DNA of 63,284 nucleotides, filler included, from Octopus bimaculoides (Eukaryota): NCBI RefSeq assembly GCF_001194135.2. It is 3 parts of 2 records of this genome, joined end to end, with 100 filler letters (N's around TTAATTAATTAA, not from the genome) between each part and the next. Parts side by side here need not be neighbours in the genome. Positions count along the whole stretch, not along the records: positions 21,902 to 44,255 come from NC_069002.1; 2 more parts are not named here. One strand, 5' to 3'. Shown piece by piece: positions 25,340 to 36,274 of this stretch (position 1 is its first letter; each line of letters starts with the position of its first letter). The notes under the pieces were generated by a model. It saw only the letters and a program-made list of their open reading frames with translations, ran no database searches and was not told where the DNA came from. The position numbers and the translations under genes were made by a program.

Positions 25340-26430
25340 ATAATTATTATGTTGTTTTTTTTTCTTCTTTCTTCAAATTTTCTTCCATTTCTCGCCGAGT
25401 GTTTTCCGTACACCTAGGGCAGAGAAACTCGTTCTTTGTATTCCCAGTTTACACACGCAAATTCACAGGTAAAACATGTATTTAAGAGAAAAAAAAAAAA
25501 AAAAAAATTCATGAATGGATGTTGTTTTCACAGCGATAATGCTCTTCTCAGTACATGAGTCGTTCCAGTTAGCACGATTTTTTGCACTTCCTGTAGGGAT
25601 GGTATCATTTTCAAATAGGTTTCAGTGCCTTTTTTTATCATTCCTAGAGATCCTACAATCATTGGTATGGTAGTCGGCTTGAGGTGCCACACTTTTTCAA
25701 TTTCTATTAGCAAGTCTTTATATTTACTGATCTTGTCAAATTCTTTCGCCGCTATATTATGATCGCAAGGAATACTCATGTCAATTAATAAACATATCTT
25801 CTTTGGCTGATCTTTTATGATAATATCCGGTTTATTAGCTTTTATAGTATTGTCGGTATGTACGGGGAAGTCCCAGAGAATCGATACATTTTCTCCCTCG
25901 GTCACAGCTTCAGGATGGTGTTTATACCATTTGTCAGCGGTTTTGATTTTATAATGCTGACATATTGTCCAGTGTAAATACTGGCCAACTCTGTCATGTC
26001 TTGCTTTATATTCTACAGGTGCTAAGNNNNNNNNNNNNNNNNNNNNNNNNNNNNNNNNNNNNNNNNNNNNNNNNNNNNNNNNNNNNNNNNNNGGTCAGCT
26101 CCATTTTTTATCACATTGGCTTGGTAGTTCCGGGTTAATAAGCTTTGGTCTTGAGCAGCCAATATGAAACCTTCACTCTCTGCTTTTAGTCCTGAACTTC
26201 GTAACCACTGATGCGTGTGTTTCTGGTCGACATCAGCTTGTTTGCTACGAGCCACATACTTGCCATGCAGAGCTTTCTCTTCCCATCTGCTAGCTAATTT
26301 TTCATGTGCTTTTGTCTTTGCAATTAATTTTATTTTCTTTGCAGCAGCAGTTGGCGCATTTCCTTCAACCTGATCAAGCTGGTGGGTATCTAAGAGTTCG
26401 GTAGCAAATTTTTTGCTCTCTTTCAGAATA
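25340..26430 (-). mobile_element. R4/Dong-type non-LTR retrotransposon 3' end with well-preserved RLE domain and (AAT)n tail
   Basis: ORF 25528..25905(-): ILWDFPVHTD…NKPDIIIKD…LIDMSIP…KEFDKISKYKDL…IVGSLG (PD..D..K restriction-like endonuclease). Upstream ORF 26022..26255: WLRSSGLKAESEGFILAAQDQ. Confidence 0.9.
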
Positions 26431-26553
26431 GAGTGAAGTTTTTTCGGTCTTTCATGTTTTTTTTATTATTATTATTATTATTTTTATTATTATTATTAAT
26501 ATTTATTATTATTATTATTATTTTTATTATTTTATTTATTATTATTTTTTTTA

Positions 26554-26616
<63 letters not shown>

Positions 26617-26687
26617 TTATTTATTTTTATTTTATTTTTTATTATTATTATTAATATTATTATTTTTATTATTTTATTTATTATTAT

Positions 26688-26723
<36 letters not shown>

Positions 26724-26880
26724 TAAGGCAGCAGAATCGTTAGCATGCTGGATGAAATGCTTCATGGCATTTCATCTGTCTTCACATTCTGAGTTTAAAA
26801 AAAAAAAAAAATCAGAGGTAAGTTTGGTAATGGCTAAGAATTGTTTAAATTATAACACTGAGTAAAGTACTGTGGTATTG

Positions 26881-27020
26881 AACTATTTGGTCAACATTGG
26901 TTAACTCTAGTGAACATTAGTTAACAGTGATTGAGTATGGTTAACTGGCTAATAGTGGTTAACTGCAGTTAACCATGGTTCACTGAGGTAAACATTGGTT
27001 AGCAATGGTTAAATAACTTT
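26881..27020. repeat. Degenerate 10-bp tandem repeat rich in GTTAAC
   Basis: Perfect GTTAAC at 26900, 26920, 26940, 26958 and 26968, plus variants in 10-bp register. Confidence 0.7.
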
Positions 27021-27448
27021 GTAACTCAACGCAGACAATTATACAAATAAATTAAACAAAATTTGTTAATTAAGTCAGATGGTATTTTATTTCTTATCAG
27101 TCTTCATAATTTCTTTCTTATCTCTTGATTCAACCAACTTGATGGACTCTGGTTTGTTTGGTTTAGTTTGGTTTGGTTTGGTTTGGTCTGGTTCAATCCG
27201 GTCTAATCTGCTCTGGAAAATATATGAACATAAAACATAAGAAGACATAAACAAACGTTGTTGGCAGGCTTGGATGAGTGTGGTTAAGAAACTTGCTTTG
27301 CAACCATATGGTTTTAGGTTCAGTCCTACCCTGTGGCACTTTGGCAAATGATTTCTAATATAGTCCCAAGTCAACCAATGCCTTGTATGTAAATTTGGTG
27401 AACTGAAACTGTGAGGAAGCCTATCACACACACATATATATATATACA

Positions 27449-27800
27449 CACAGACATGTAGGAAGTAAATAGACACCTTTAATTTTCAAAATTTCTGATC
27501 TAAGCATCTTGATATATTTTCAGTGGTGTAGAATTTACAATGTAATTATTCTTTTCCATTCCAGGTGCCATTATATTAAACATTTGCAAAGAGTAACCAT
27601 GCCACGCACAAAAAATTCAACAGAACAAAAAGATTTTCAAAGAGGTTGTATTGTTGGGCAATCTGAGGCTGGTCTTAGCCAGCGAAAATTTGCTGAAAAT
27701 TATCAAATTCCTCTTGCTACTGTTAATAGAATTATAGTGCAATTCAAAAGCCAAGGAAAGGAATCAACAGATTCTCGTCCCAGCCGACCTGGGCCCTCAG
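27449..27800 (+). mobile_element. Second copy of the same Tc1-like element, 5' fragment
   Basis: Highly similar to the reverse complement of ~7100-7440. [32 protein letters not shown]…, truncated at a (GAT)n tract. Confidence 0.85.
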
Positions 27801-28372
27801 ATGATGATGATGATGATGATGATGATGGTATTCTAACTGTATAAACAATAATACCCTGTAGTGTATCTATACGGTGTATATAATTACAACGTTGTATATC
27901 TAATTATTCAAACAGTATTATATTGTGATGTTTAAGGTAGCAAGCTGGCAGAATCGTTAGCACGCTGGGCAAAATGCTTAGTGGTATTTCGTCTTCCACT
28001 ACATTCTGAGTTCAAATTCTGCTGAGGTCAACTTAGCCTTTCATCCTTTTGGGGTCGATTAAATAAGTACCAGTTACGCACTGGGGTCAATGTAATCGAC
28101 TTAATCCCTTTATCTGTCCTTGCTTGTCCCCTCCATGTTTAGCCCCCTGTGAGCAATAAATAAATAAATATTATATTGTGATGTGTTCAGGGATAAAATA
28201 GTGTTACACCATTGTGAATTTGCACTCATGTACTCAGTCTAAAAGTAGAAATGAAATATTAAACGAAAAATAAATAGAAATAAAAATAGAAATGAAATAT
28301 TAAGCAAAAATACAAATTTTGCAGAAATTTTAGATGAAAAAAGATTAAAATTACCTTTACTTTCTTTCTTTC

Positions 28373-28378
28373 TTTATT
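28373..28378 (-). terminator. Candidate polyadenylation signal AATAAA of the 4-exon gene
   Basis: AATAAA ~20 nt after the stop codon, followed further downstream by a U-rich tract (ttttaatcttttttc on the minus strand). Confidence 0.5.
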
Positions 28379-28397
28379 TTCTATTTGTTCATTGTTG

Positions 28398-28543
28398 TTA
28401 AAGCTTTTTTAAGCAACAGTTTGCACCATTGCTACATGGAGGACCCATAAGGGGTATCCAGCCTGCTTTGGCACAAGAAACTGTCAAACATCCAACAATC
28501 ATACCTACAAGGTTTTTGGTAACGTCTGGACTCAAGCATTCCT
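28398..28543 (-). CDS. Coding exon 4: (K)[47 protein letters not shown], beta-defensin-like Cys spacing
   Basis: Acceptor ctatttctgatttacag|AG, phase compatible with exon 3. Six Cys ending in CC plus a basic tail. TAA at 28400-28398. Confidence 0.88.
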
Positions 28544-29640
28544 CTGTAAATCAGAAATAGAATTGGTAATTAACAGGTAGATATATTAATTAAAAGTAAC
28601 ATTATGTATTTCTATCACTAATTACATACTAATCATAGCAATAACTACAGACAAAAGACAAAACAAATTTACTAGTGGTGGTGGTGGGAGGGGGACTTTC
28701 AGCTTTACTATACGTTTGTATATTTGAATGCAAGATGGTCATTGGCTAAGTCATTAGAGAGTCAGATATATTCCGTGCTGCATGGAATTTGGTCAGTGAA
28801 CAGGTCATGGTCTCAAAGCGACGAAAATATTTTGGAAAATTAAATTTAAATGTTGAAGTGAATCTAATGGTTTTTGTGTGTTTCTTAAATGCGCTGAACA
28901 AATTGGCTTCATAATTGTTAATATTAACATCATTTAAATTCTAAATGTATTTGGATAGGGTGGTAGTAAAGCATCTTCCAAAGTACCTGAATGCATACAT
29001 ATGTTGTGAGAATCTACTCTTAAACGGATCTTTAGTAAGTCCTTTATAGCTTTTTGCATCATTGTTATTTACAACAGAGTTTTTAGTTCAATAAACTAAT
29101 GCCTTAGACAAACACATGCTACTGAGGAGGCAGATATTGAGTTGGTCACTGGTATCACATCTGGTATCATATCAAAATCCCATCTGGTATCATATTTAAT
29201 GTCATATCTGGTGTCACATCCAATACTTCAAAACCATGTCAAAACAAAAGGAACTTACTTTGTGCTGGTGTTGTTGGTGCTGGTGCTGTAGTTGTTGGAA
29301 CAGTTGTTGGAACAGTTGTTGGAACAGTTGTTGGAACAGTTGTTGGAACAGTTGTCGGAACAGTAGTTGGTGCTGGGGTTGTTGGTGGTGGTGCTGCCTT
29401 TTCAACGCAGTGAAGTACGTTGTTTATAAAACACATTTCTACCAAAAGTTCATTGTTACAGTTTGGTGCAGTTTTGGTGCATGACATATTTGGCAAGTAA
29501 CAACTGGGGCCTGAAATATAAAAAAAAATAAACATCATCATTACGGTCATCATTGTTGCTATCATCATCATCATCACTAGCACCACTAACTTCTACCACC
29601 ACCATCATCATCACCACATTACTACCATCATCACCATAAC

Positions 29641-29675
<35 letters not shown>

Positions 29676-30226
29676 CTAGCACCACTTAACTCCCACCACC
29701 ACCACCACCACCACCACCATCACCACCATAACCATCATCATCACTACTACCACCATCACCACAGTTCTAAGTTCAAATTCTGCCAANNNNNNNNNNNNNN
29801 NNNNNNNNNNNNNNNNNNNNNNNNNNNNNNNNNNNNNNNNNNNNNNNNNNNNNNNNNNNNNNNNNNNNNNNNNNNNNNNNNNNNNNNNNNNNNNNNNNNN
29901 NNNNNNNNNNNNNNNNNNNNNNNNNNCTCCTTTTTTTTCTTTTCAATTTTATTACCCTTGTTTACACGCAAAACCCTCACAACTACACACACACACACAC
30001 ACACACACATTGTTTTCTCCTGTGCTGTCCATAATGCTTTTCTTCTTGTAAACCCATGTAGTTAATAAAGAAATTTTTATTATTATTATTATTGATTGTT
30101 ATTATTATTATTCAGTAGTTTTATTTTTATAATGTGCTTTCACTTCACTACCGATCGCTGATCTGTGTGCCTTGGGTATGTGCTGTGGTTTGCTGTGATG
30201 CTCTTATGGTTACTGTATTGAAATTG

Positions 30227-30279
<53 letters not shown>

Positions 30280-32092
30280 CATCATCATCGCCATCATCAT
30301 CTTTATTAAGGCAGTGAGCTGGAAGAATTGTTAGTAGGCTGGGAAAAATCCTTAGAGGCATTTCGTCCATCTTTACATTCTGAGTTCAAATTCTGCCAAG
30401 CTTGACTTTGCCTTTCATCCTTTCAGGGTCGATAAATTAAGTACCAGTTATGCAGTGGGGTCGATGTAATCGACTTAATCCCTTTGTTTGTCCTTGTTTG
30501 TCCCCTCTATGTTGCATCAAGTAGCTTCTAGTGACAGAAGCCTGAACTACAACGGGCTTTCCTACAGACGTTTCTGGTTACACGATGGGCTTCTTTCAGT
30601 TTCTGTTTGCCAAATCCACTCACAGGGCTTTGGTCGGCCCAAGGCTACAGTAAAAGACACTTGCCCAAGGTGCCACACACATATGTATGTATGTATTTGT
30701 TATTTGTGTCTGTGTTTGTCCCCCCACCATCACTTGACAACCGATGCTGGTGAGTTTACGTCCCCGTCACTTAGCAGTTTGGCAAAAAGAGACTGATATA
30801 ATAAGTACTAGGCTTACAAAGAATAAGCCCTGGGGTCAATTTGTTTGACTAAAGGCGGTGCTCCAGCATGACCACAGTCGAATGACTGAAACAAGCAAAA
30901 GAATAGAAGAATAAAAAATTTGAAATAAAACCAAAAAGCAAGATTGATTAAACTACTTACACATTTTAGGTTCAATACACCTGAAAACCCCACTCTGGAA
31001 GCAGTAGCCCTTCACGTAGGGAGTGCAGTTTGGGGCCGATTTACTGCAGTCGAATTTGCCCGTGTAACAGTCATTACCTTGAGGAGAAAAGAAAATTTAA
31101 ACTTTAATCTTAATTACCATATCATTCTTGAAGATTAATTCGTTTTTGTATCTACAGGCAGATATGGAACACATGTACATACACACACGCACACATACAT
31201 ATACACACACATACATACATATACACATACATACATACATTCGTGCATGCATACACACACACACTCACACACACATACATACACACATACATCCGTACAC
31301 ACATACATACATACATACATGCATGCATACATACACACATACATCTGTACACACACATACATACATACATACATACATACATACATACATCCGTACACAT
31401 ACATACATTCACACACACATACACATACATACATACATACACAAATACATACATAGAATAAAGTAACTTTAATGATAAACCTTCCTCAAATAGACACTCC
31501 ATCTTCCAGAGAGATGATGGAAGATTATTAATTGAAGAATACTCTTCGATGCTNNNNNNNNNNNNNNNNNNNNNNNNNNNNNNNNNNNNNNNNNNNNNNN
31601 NNNNNNNNNNNNNNNNNNNNNNNNNNNNNNNNNNNNNNNNNNNNNNNNNNNNNNNNNNNNNNNNNNNNNNNNNNNNNNNNNNNNNNNNNNNNNNNNNNNN
31701 NNNNNNNNNNNNNNNNNNNNNNNNNNNNNNNNNNNNNNNNNNNNNNNNNNNNNNNNNNNNNNNNNNNNNNNNNNNNNNNNNNNNNNNNNNNNNNNNNNNN
31801 NNNNNNNNNNNNNNNNNNNNNNNNNNNNNNNNNNNNNNNNNNNNNNNNNNNNNNNNNNNNNNNNNNNNNNNNNNNNNNNNNNNNNNNNNNNNNNNNNNNN
31901 NNNNNNNNNNNNNNNNNNNNNNNNNNNNNNNNNNNNNNNNNNNNNNNNNNNNNNNNNNNNNNNNNNNNNNNNNNNNNNNNNNNNNNNNNNNNNNNNNNNN
32001 NNNNNNNNTTGTAGTTACTGTTACTGTTGTTGTTGCTACCACTGCTAGCGTTGATGCTGTTGTTGAAACTTTGTATCTGACCATATACTTGA

Positions 32093-32147
<55 letters not shown>

Positions 32148-33471
32148 CGTATGTATGCATATATGTGTATATATGTGTGTGTATATTTATATATAATATA
32201 TATGTGTGTATGTGTGCGTGTATAATGGGTGATAAAGCGCTTGTACATATGTGGGATAAATAATTAGCAAGTGGTGCTGAGAGAGATCAGAATCTTAAAT
32301 TCCTTCGTCAGACTCAGTTTGTCCAGAAATAGAAAAGTTGGCAAGAAGAAGAAAAACTGAAAATCAATGTGTATGTGCATATACATACATACATACATAT
32401 ATATACATGCATATACATATATATACATGCATACATATATATACAAACATATATACATGTACATATATACATACACATATATACATAAAAACATACATAC
32501 ATACGTACATACATACACACACATATATACATACATATATACATATATATTCATACACACACTTATATACATGCATATATACATACACACACATATATAC
32601 ATGGATACATATATACATACATATATATACATGCACACATATATATACACACACATATACGTACATATATACATACACACACATATATACATACAGACAT
32701 ACATACATACATACATACATACAGATATACATTCATACACACATATACATACATACATATATATACAGATACACACATACATACATACACAAACACATAC
32801 ATACACACGCACACACATACGTACACATATGTACATACATGCATACATACACACATACGTACACATGCACATCACATACATACGTACATACATACATACA
32901 TACTTACATACATACATATGCACACTTATTGAATTTTGGTGGAACGTTTGCATAAAAGCTTCTGCCAAGTGCAAACATAACAGGCCAGATATTGTTATTT
33001 GGGACCGACAAGACAAAATACGAACTGTCACAGAGGTCAGCTGCCTTGCCAATGTGGATATCTCTTGAAAAAACAAAGAGATAGAGGATAAACAAAGAGA
33101 TAGAGGATGTTGACTGGATGTTTGACTTTCATCACTCTTGGTACATGTCCTCTGATTGACATCCAAACACTCTGAAATATTCATATTGGAGCTTCCAGCA
33201 TGAATGCCAAGCTATACGGTATGTCATTTCCAAATTTCTAGCAGAATGAATTGCAAAAAATTAAAAATATAAAATAGCGACAATTTACCCATTGCACCCT
33301 GTGTGTANNNNNNNNNNNNNNNNNNNNNNNNNNNNNNNNNNNNNNNNNNNNNNNNNNNNNNNNNNNNNNNNNNNNNNNNNNNNNNNNNNNNNNNNNNNNN
33401 NNNNNNNNNNNNNNNNNNNNNNNNNNNNNNNNNNNNNNNNNNNNNNNNNNNNNNNNNNNNNNNNNNNNNNN

Positions 33472-33509
<38 letters not shown>

Positions 33510-34550
33510 TTATAGATGTTTCCAATCTAGTTTGGATTCTTTGCCATCAAATTTGAATTCTTTGCAATCAAATTTGAATTTTTCAAAGAGACTTTGTAAG
33601 ACAAGTTAAAACAGAGAAAACGGTCAACAGACATGCGCTGAAGTGTTGCAAATGGTAGAAAGTAGGAGTCTTCATCCTCGCAAGAATATTCAATGACCAC
33701 AAATCAATTCAAAGCTAGTTTCTCGAAATTGGTGCTGAAACCTTGAAAACAAAAGAGTTAAACTACATCAGCCGTAAGGGAATACAAGTCTATCTTATCT
33801 AACTCGTCCAGTAGAGCCCACTGTTACTCGAACTTCAATCTAACCCCAAGCTTGGGACAACAAACTCGGGTTGGATAAACTCGAATAGTAAGCTCTTTGC
33901 TCTTTATAACCGTTTTATGAAGTCACCTTTTCGTTAAAAAATTGTTCAATTTGCATCTCTTCAAAGCGAACGAACTGGTTCTTTTAAGGTCACTCTTGGG
34001 TAAAGTTCGAATAGAAAGCTTGAATAGCATAGTTCTCAAATGAAAACTTTGCAGCTATCAAGAACTTATGAGCATTACTTTTGCATAATACTATTATTAA
34101 TAGCAATTCACCATACGTAGGCATAAAGGAAATTATACTAATCCTGATATAACGACCTGCCTGAATGCATCCATGTGTCATTTAAGACACGTGCGTGCCA
34201 TGTACAATAGACAGTCTAGTTAAAAGACATACCATGGGGGGAGGGAGGATGTAGCATAAAGAACAACACTCACAACTGAGGGAGCTTCTATGTGGTCATT
34301 CAACCAGCTAGAAATAGCAGCCAAATCTCCTTCAAATCACTCCCTACCATATTGAATCAACAACAACAGCAACAATAACAGCCAGCAGTTTGAAAACAAT
34401 TTACAACATAATTAGATTAATAAAATATGGAAAAAAAACCCCAATCAATCAATAAAGATCAATAAAATAATTCTTACAACTTTGACATTTGACCAAAGAC
34501 AGGAACTGTAGAACTGCCACAAAGAGTAAGAGCGTTCGATTCTTAACCAT
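28398..34550 (-). CDS. Spliced 4-exon gene for a 195-aa secreted cysteine-rich modular protein (signal peptide + 2x novel 6-Cys module + Thr/Pro mucin-like linker + beta-defensin-like C-terminal module)
   Basis: Manual splicing: exons 34550-34478 (73 nt), 31077-30961 (117), 29510-29259 (252), 28543-28398 (146) total 588 nt = 195 aa + TAA, with no internal stop. All introns are GT-AG and phase 1. Protein: [195 protein letters not shown]. No transcript evidence available. Confidence 0.9.
29259..29510 (-). CDS. Coding exon 3: Cys-rich module 2 + Thr/Pro linker with (PTTV)6
   Basis: Acceptor ttttatatttcag|GC, donor CAA A|gtaagt. 252 nt, phase 1-1. Lies inside supplied ORF 29239..29586(-). Confidence 0.92.
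30961..31077 (-). CDS. Coding exon 2: Cys-rich module 1, (C)[38 protein letters not shown]
   Basis: Acceptor ttttcttttctcctcaag|GT, donor ATG T|gtaagt. 117 nt, symmetric phase 1-1, open, and clearly paralogous to the first half of exon 3. Confidence 0.9.
31145..31460. repeat. Compound (TACA)n/(CA)n microsatellite, representative of very many (TA)n, (CA)n, (TACA)n, (GATA)n, (CAT)n, (AAT)n and (CAC)n tracts across the window
   Basis: Direct inspection. Most N gaps are flanked by such tracts. Confidence 0.95.
32290..33190 (+). mobile_element. R4/Dong-type LINE relic in intron 1, split by a large (TACA/TA)n expansion
   Basis: [29 protein letters not shown]…[11 protein letters not shown] at ~32930-33065. 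Same family as 13745-14990. Confidence 0.7.
34478..34550 (-). CDS. Coding exon 1: signal peptide [24 protein letters not shown] + first base of split Cys codon
   Basis: ATG in strong Kozak context (agaaccATGG). Basic n-region followed by a hydrophobic core. Donor AGT T|gtaaga, phase 1. Confidence 0.85.
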
Positions 34551-34604
34551 GGTTCTTATAAAAGATTCTACAAATCTGTTATGTAATTTCTTGTGGCACT
34601 TAGT

Positions 34605-34635
34605 AAATGATATGGTATGTGAGGAGTCTTATATA
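34605..34635 (-). promoter_or_regulatory. Candidate core promoter of the 4-exon gene: TATA box (TATATAAG, 34635-34628) + Inr-like TCATTT (34610-34605)
   Basis: The Inr A (34608) lies 27 nt downstream of the first T of the TATA box, giving a ~58-nt 5'UTR before the ATG at 34550. An alternative AG acceptor at 34569-34568 would instead imply an upstream non-coding exon. Confidence 0.55.
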
Positions 34636-35633
34636 CTAAAACACTCCTCATTAAATACGTTGCTGCTGCCAGCAACATCACATTCGGTAAACCTGACATT
34701 ATCCAGCTGGGAGAGACAGAAGTGTGGGTTGTTTGAGATGAAAGGACAGGTTGAAATTACAAGAAAAGCACGTAGGCTTTAGAAATCCTAATAGCTTGTT
34801 ATTATTGTTTTCATTGTTGTTTGTTATTATTGTTTTCAAAAGACTGTCATAAGTCATTATCTGAAAATGTTGTTGTGTTACCGTTTAAACAGCTGCGCAA
34901 ATCCTAGCAAATAGAAAACAGAAAATGTGATTAAATTATTTGTAAAGTTCCAAAATGGCAGATGTCCTGAGGGTGTTAGGGGAGAACTTCTGGTACTGGG
35001 ATTATCAATATTTTATTATTTCAAATTGATCCTCAGGTCGTATTGTATAATTTAAGTGGTTTATTTGTTGAACAGATGAATTTAACGAGTGGAAAACAGG
35101 TTTTCAGATCTTGCATTAATTATGTGATGTTGCTCTCCCTCATGATGGAAATATCTTTTGAATGAGTCAGAGTTTAAAAACGACATAGAGAAAGATAAAA
35201 GAAAACACCAGACAGTCATTCAGGCTAAATAAACATTTCAGTCACTACAAAGACCGCATTTCATGTGAACAATAGTTGACTATCTCTTATCTATTATTGA
35301 TTTCAGTCTGTTATTGCCTGCACTCATGTTGGGGCACCACATTGGAAGAATTTTAGTTGGACAAATCAACCCCAGTGTTTTTAAAAAGTTTTTTTGTTTC
35401 TTTTTTGAGGCCTGGTATTTATTTTATTGGTTTCTTTAGGTACACTGTTAAGTTACAGGGATGCAAACAAACCAACACCGGTTGTCAAACAGTGGTGGGA
35501 GACAAAAACAGACACAAACACACACATGCATGTACATACATATGTACATGCACTTACATACATACATACACACATACATATATACATACATACATACATA
35601 CATGCATGCACATACATACATATATACATACAT

Positions 35634-35689
<56 letters not shown>

Positions 35690-36274
35690 NNNNNNNNNNN
35701 NNNNNNNNNNNNNNNNNNNNNNNNNNNNNNNNNNNNNNNNNNNNNNNNNNNNTATATATATACGGAGGCAAAGTGGCTGAGTTCCTTTCAAATGTTGGGC
35801 CTCACAAAGGCAATGACCAAGACCTTTGGCATCATGTTGTGCTTGAGAAGAAGACCCATGAAGCTGAGCAAAATTGCAGTCATAGCAGATACCGGTGCTA
35901 CACAAATTGGCACCCATGCTGGTGGCACATAAATGAACCCCAGCATTACACAAATGGCACTTGTGCAGGTGGCACATAAAAGCACCTATTGCACTCTCAG
36001 AGTAGTTGTTGTTAGGAAGGGCATCCAGCCGTTGAAACCATGCCAAATCAGATTGGAGTCTGCCTGCTTATGACCTGTGCTAACGGAGTATAGATGTGGT
36101 TTTTAGAGACATTTGGTGTCTATTTATGGCATATTGGTGGAGTTTATCTGCACCCCTTAATATAATTATATCATATAATTATAAATTAATATAAATTGTT
36201 ACCTACAAGGTTTTTATTTCATGCTGGCCACTTGATAAAATCATTAAAATGGCTTTATCCTTAAATTCATCATC

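Noticed and set aside
30144-30212. Candidate Thr/Gln-rich exon in intron 2 ([20 protein letters not shown])
   Set aside because: The available donors give 61 or 64 nt (frameshift) or 69 nt with an in-frame TAG.
33128-33171. Exon-like segment in intron 1 (acceptor tatttcag|AG TGT…, [13 protein letters not shown]) resembling the Cys modules
   Set aside because: Splicing after exon 1 would create T|AG = stop, the donor is poor, and the opposite strand reads as the tail of the R4-type LINE relic.
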